From Octopus vulgaris (lineage: Eukaryota), in contig OX597843.1 of NCBI GenBank assembly GCA_951406725.2, forward strand, positions 14,074,001 through 14,138,000: a DNA stretch of 64,000 nt, in the 5' to 3' direction. Position 1 is the first letter of the stretch. Each line of letters begins with the position of its first letter. This document shows positions 63,929 to 64,000 of this stretch, piece by piece. A model generated the notes under the pieces. It saw only the letters and a program-made list of their open reading frames with translations, made no database searches and had not been told where the DNA came from. A program made the translations under genes and the position numbers.

Positions 63929-64000
63929 ATGAGAACTCTGTGTTGGCACAGTTTGATGTAGTCTTAGAAAACGTCAAGAAGATGCAGTCTTGTGCTGAGA
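63929..64000 (+). CDS. HIP1: HIP1 exon S (runs off the window): DENSVLAQFDVVLENVKKMQSCAE
   Basis: ttgttgcag acceptor, phase 1 in frame with exon R, open to the window end. Similar to NCLSKIKAIGE. Confidence 0.8.

Overview
Eukaryotic, AT-rich, repeat-dense genomic window. The SINE/LINE landscape resembles what I recall from Octopus (coleoid cephalopod) genomes; this is an inference, not a database result. The whole window lies inside one + strand gene, a HIP1/HIP1R (Sla2 family) endocytic adaptor. I can thread 19 phase-compatible GT-AG exons from 979 to beyond 64000 (2011 nt, about 670 codons), covering the late ANTH domain, the clathrin/AP2 linker, the coiled coil and the region before the talin-like domain. 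Both gene ends lie outside the window. Introns hold tRNA-derived SINEs, RTE/CR1/Tx1 LINE fragments, mariner/Tc1 relics, Merlin-, piggyBac- and hAT-like MITEs, Helitron-like elements and satellites. Most of the supplied ORFs are repeat artefacts. Best leads: (i) a cluster of possible regulated splicing events in the coiled coil, namely an in-frame proline-rich cassette exon, a TAG-TAG-AAG tandem acceptor whose first AG inserts a stop, and a possible microexon; (ii) several hammerhead-ribozyme-like motifs and long foldback structures; (iii) a SINE with a Tx1-like tail that inserted twice at the same site of a related SINE.
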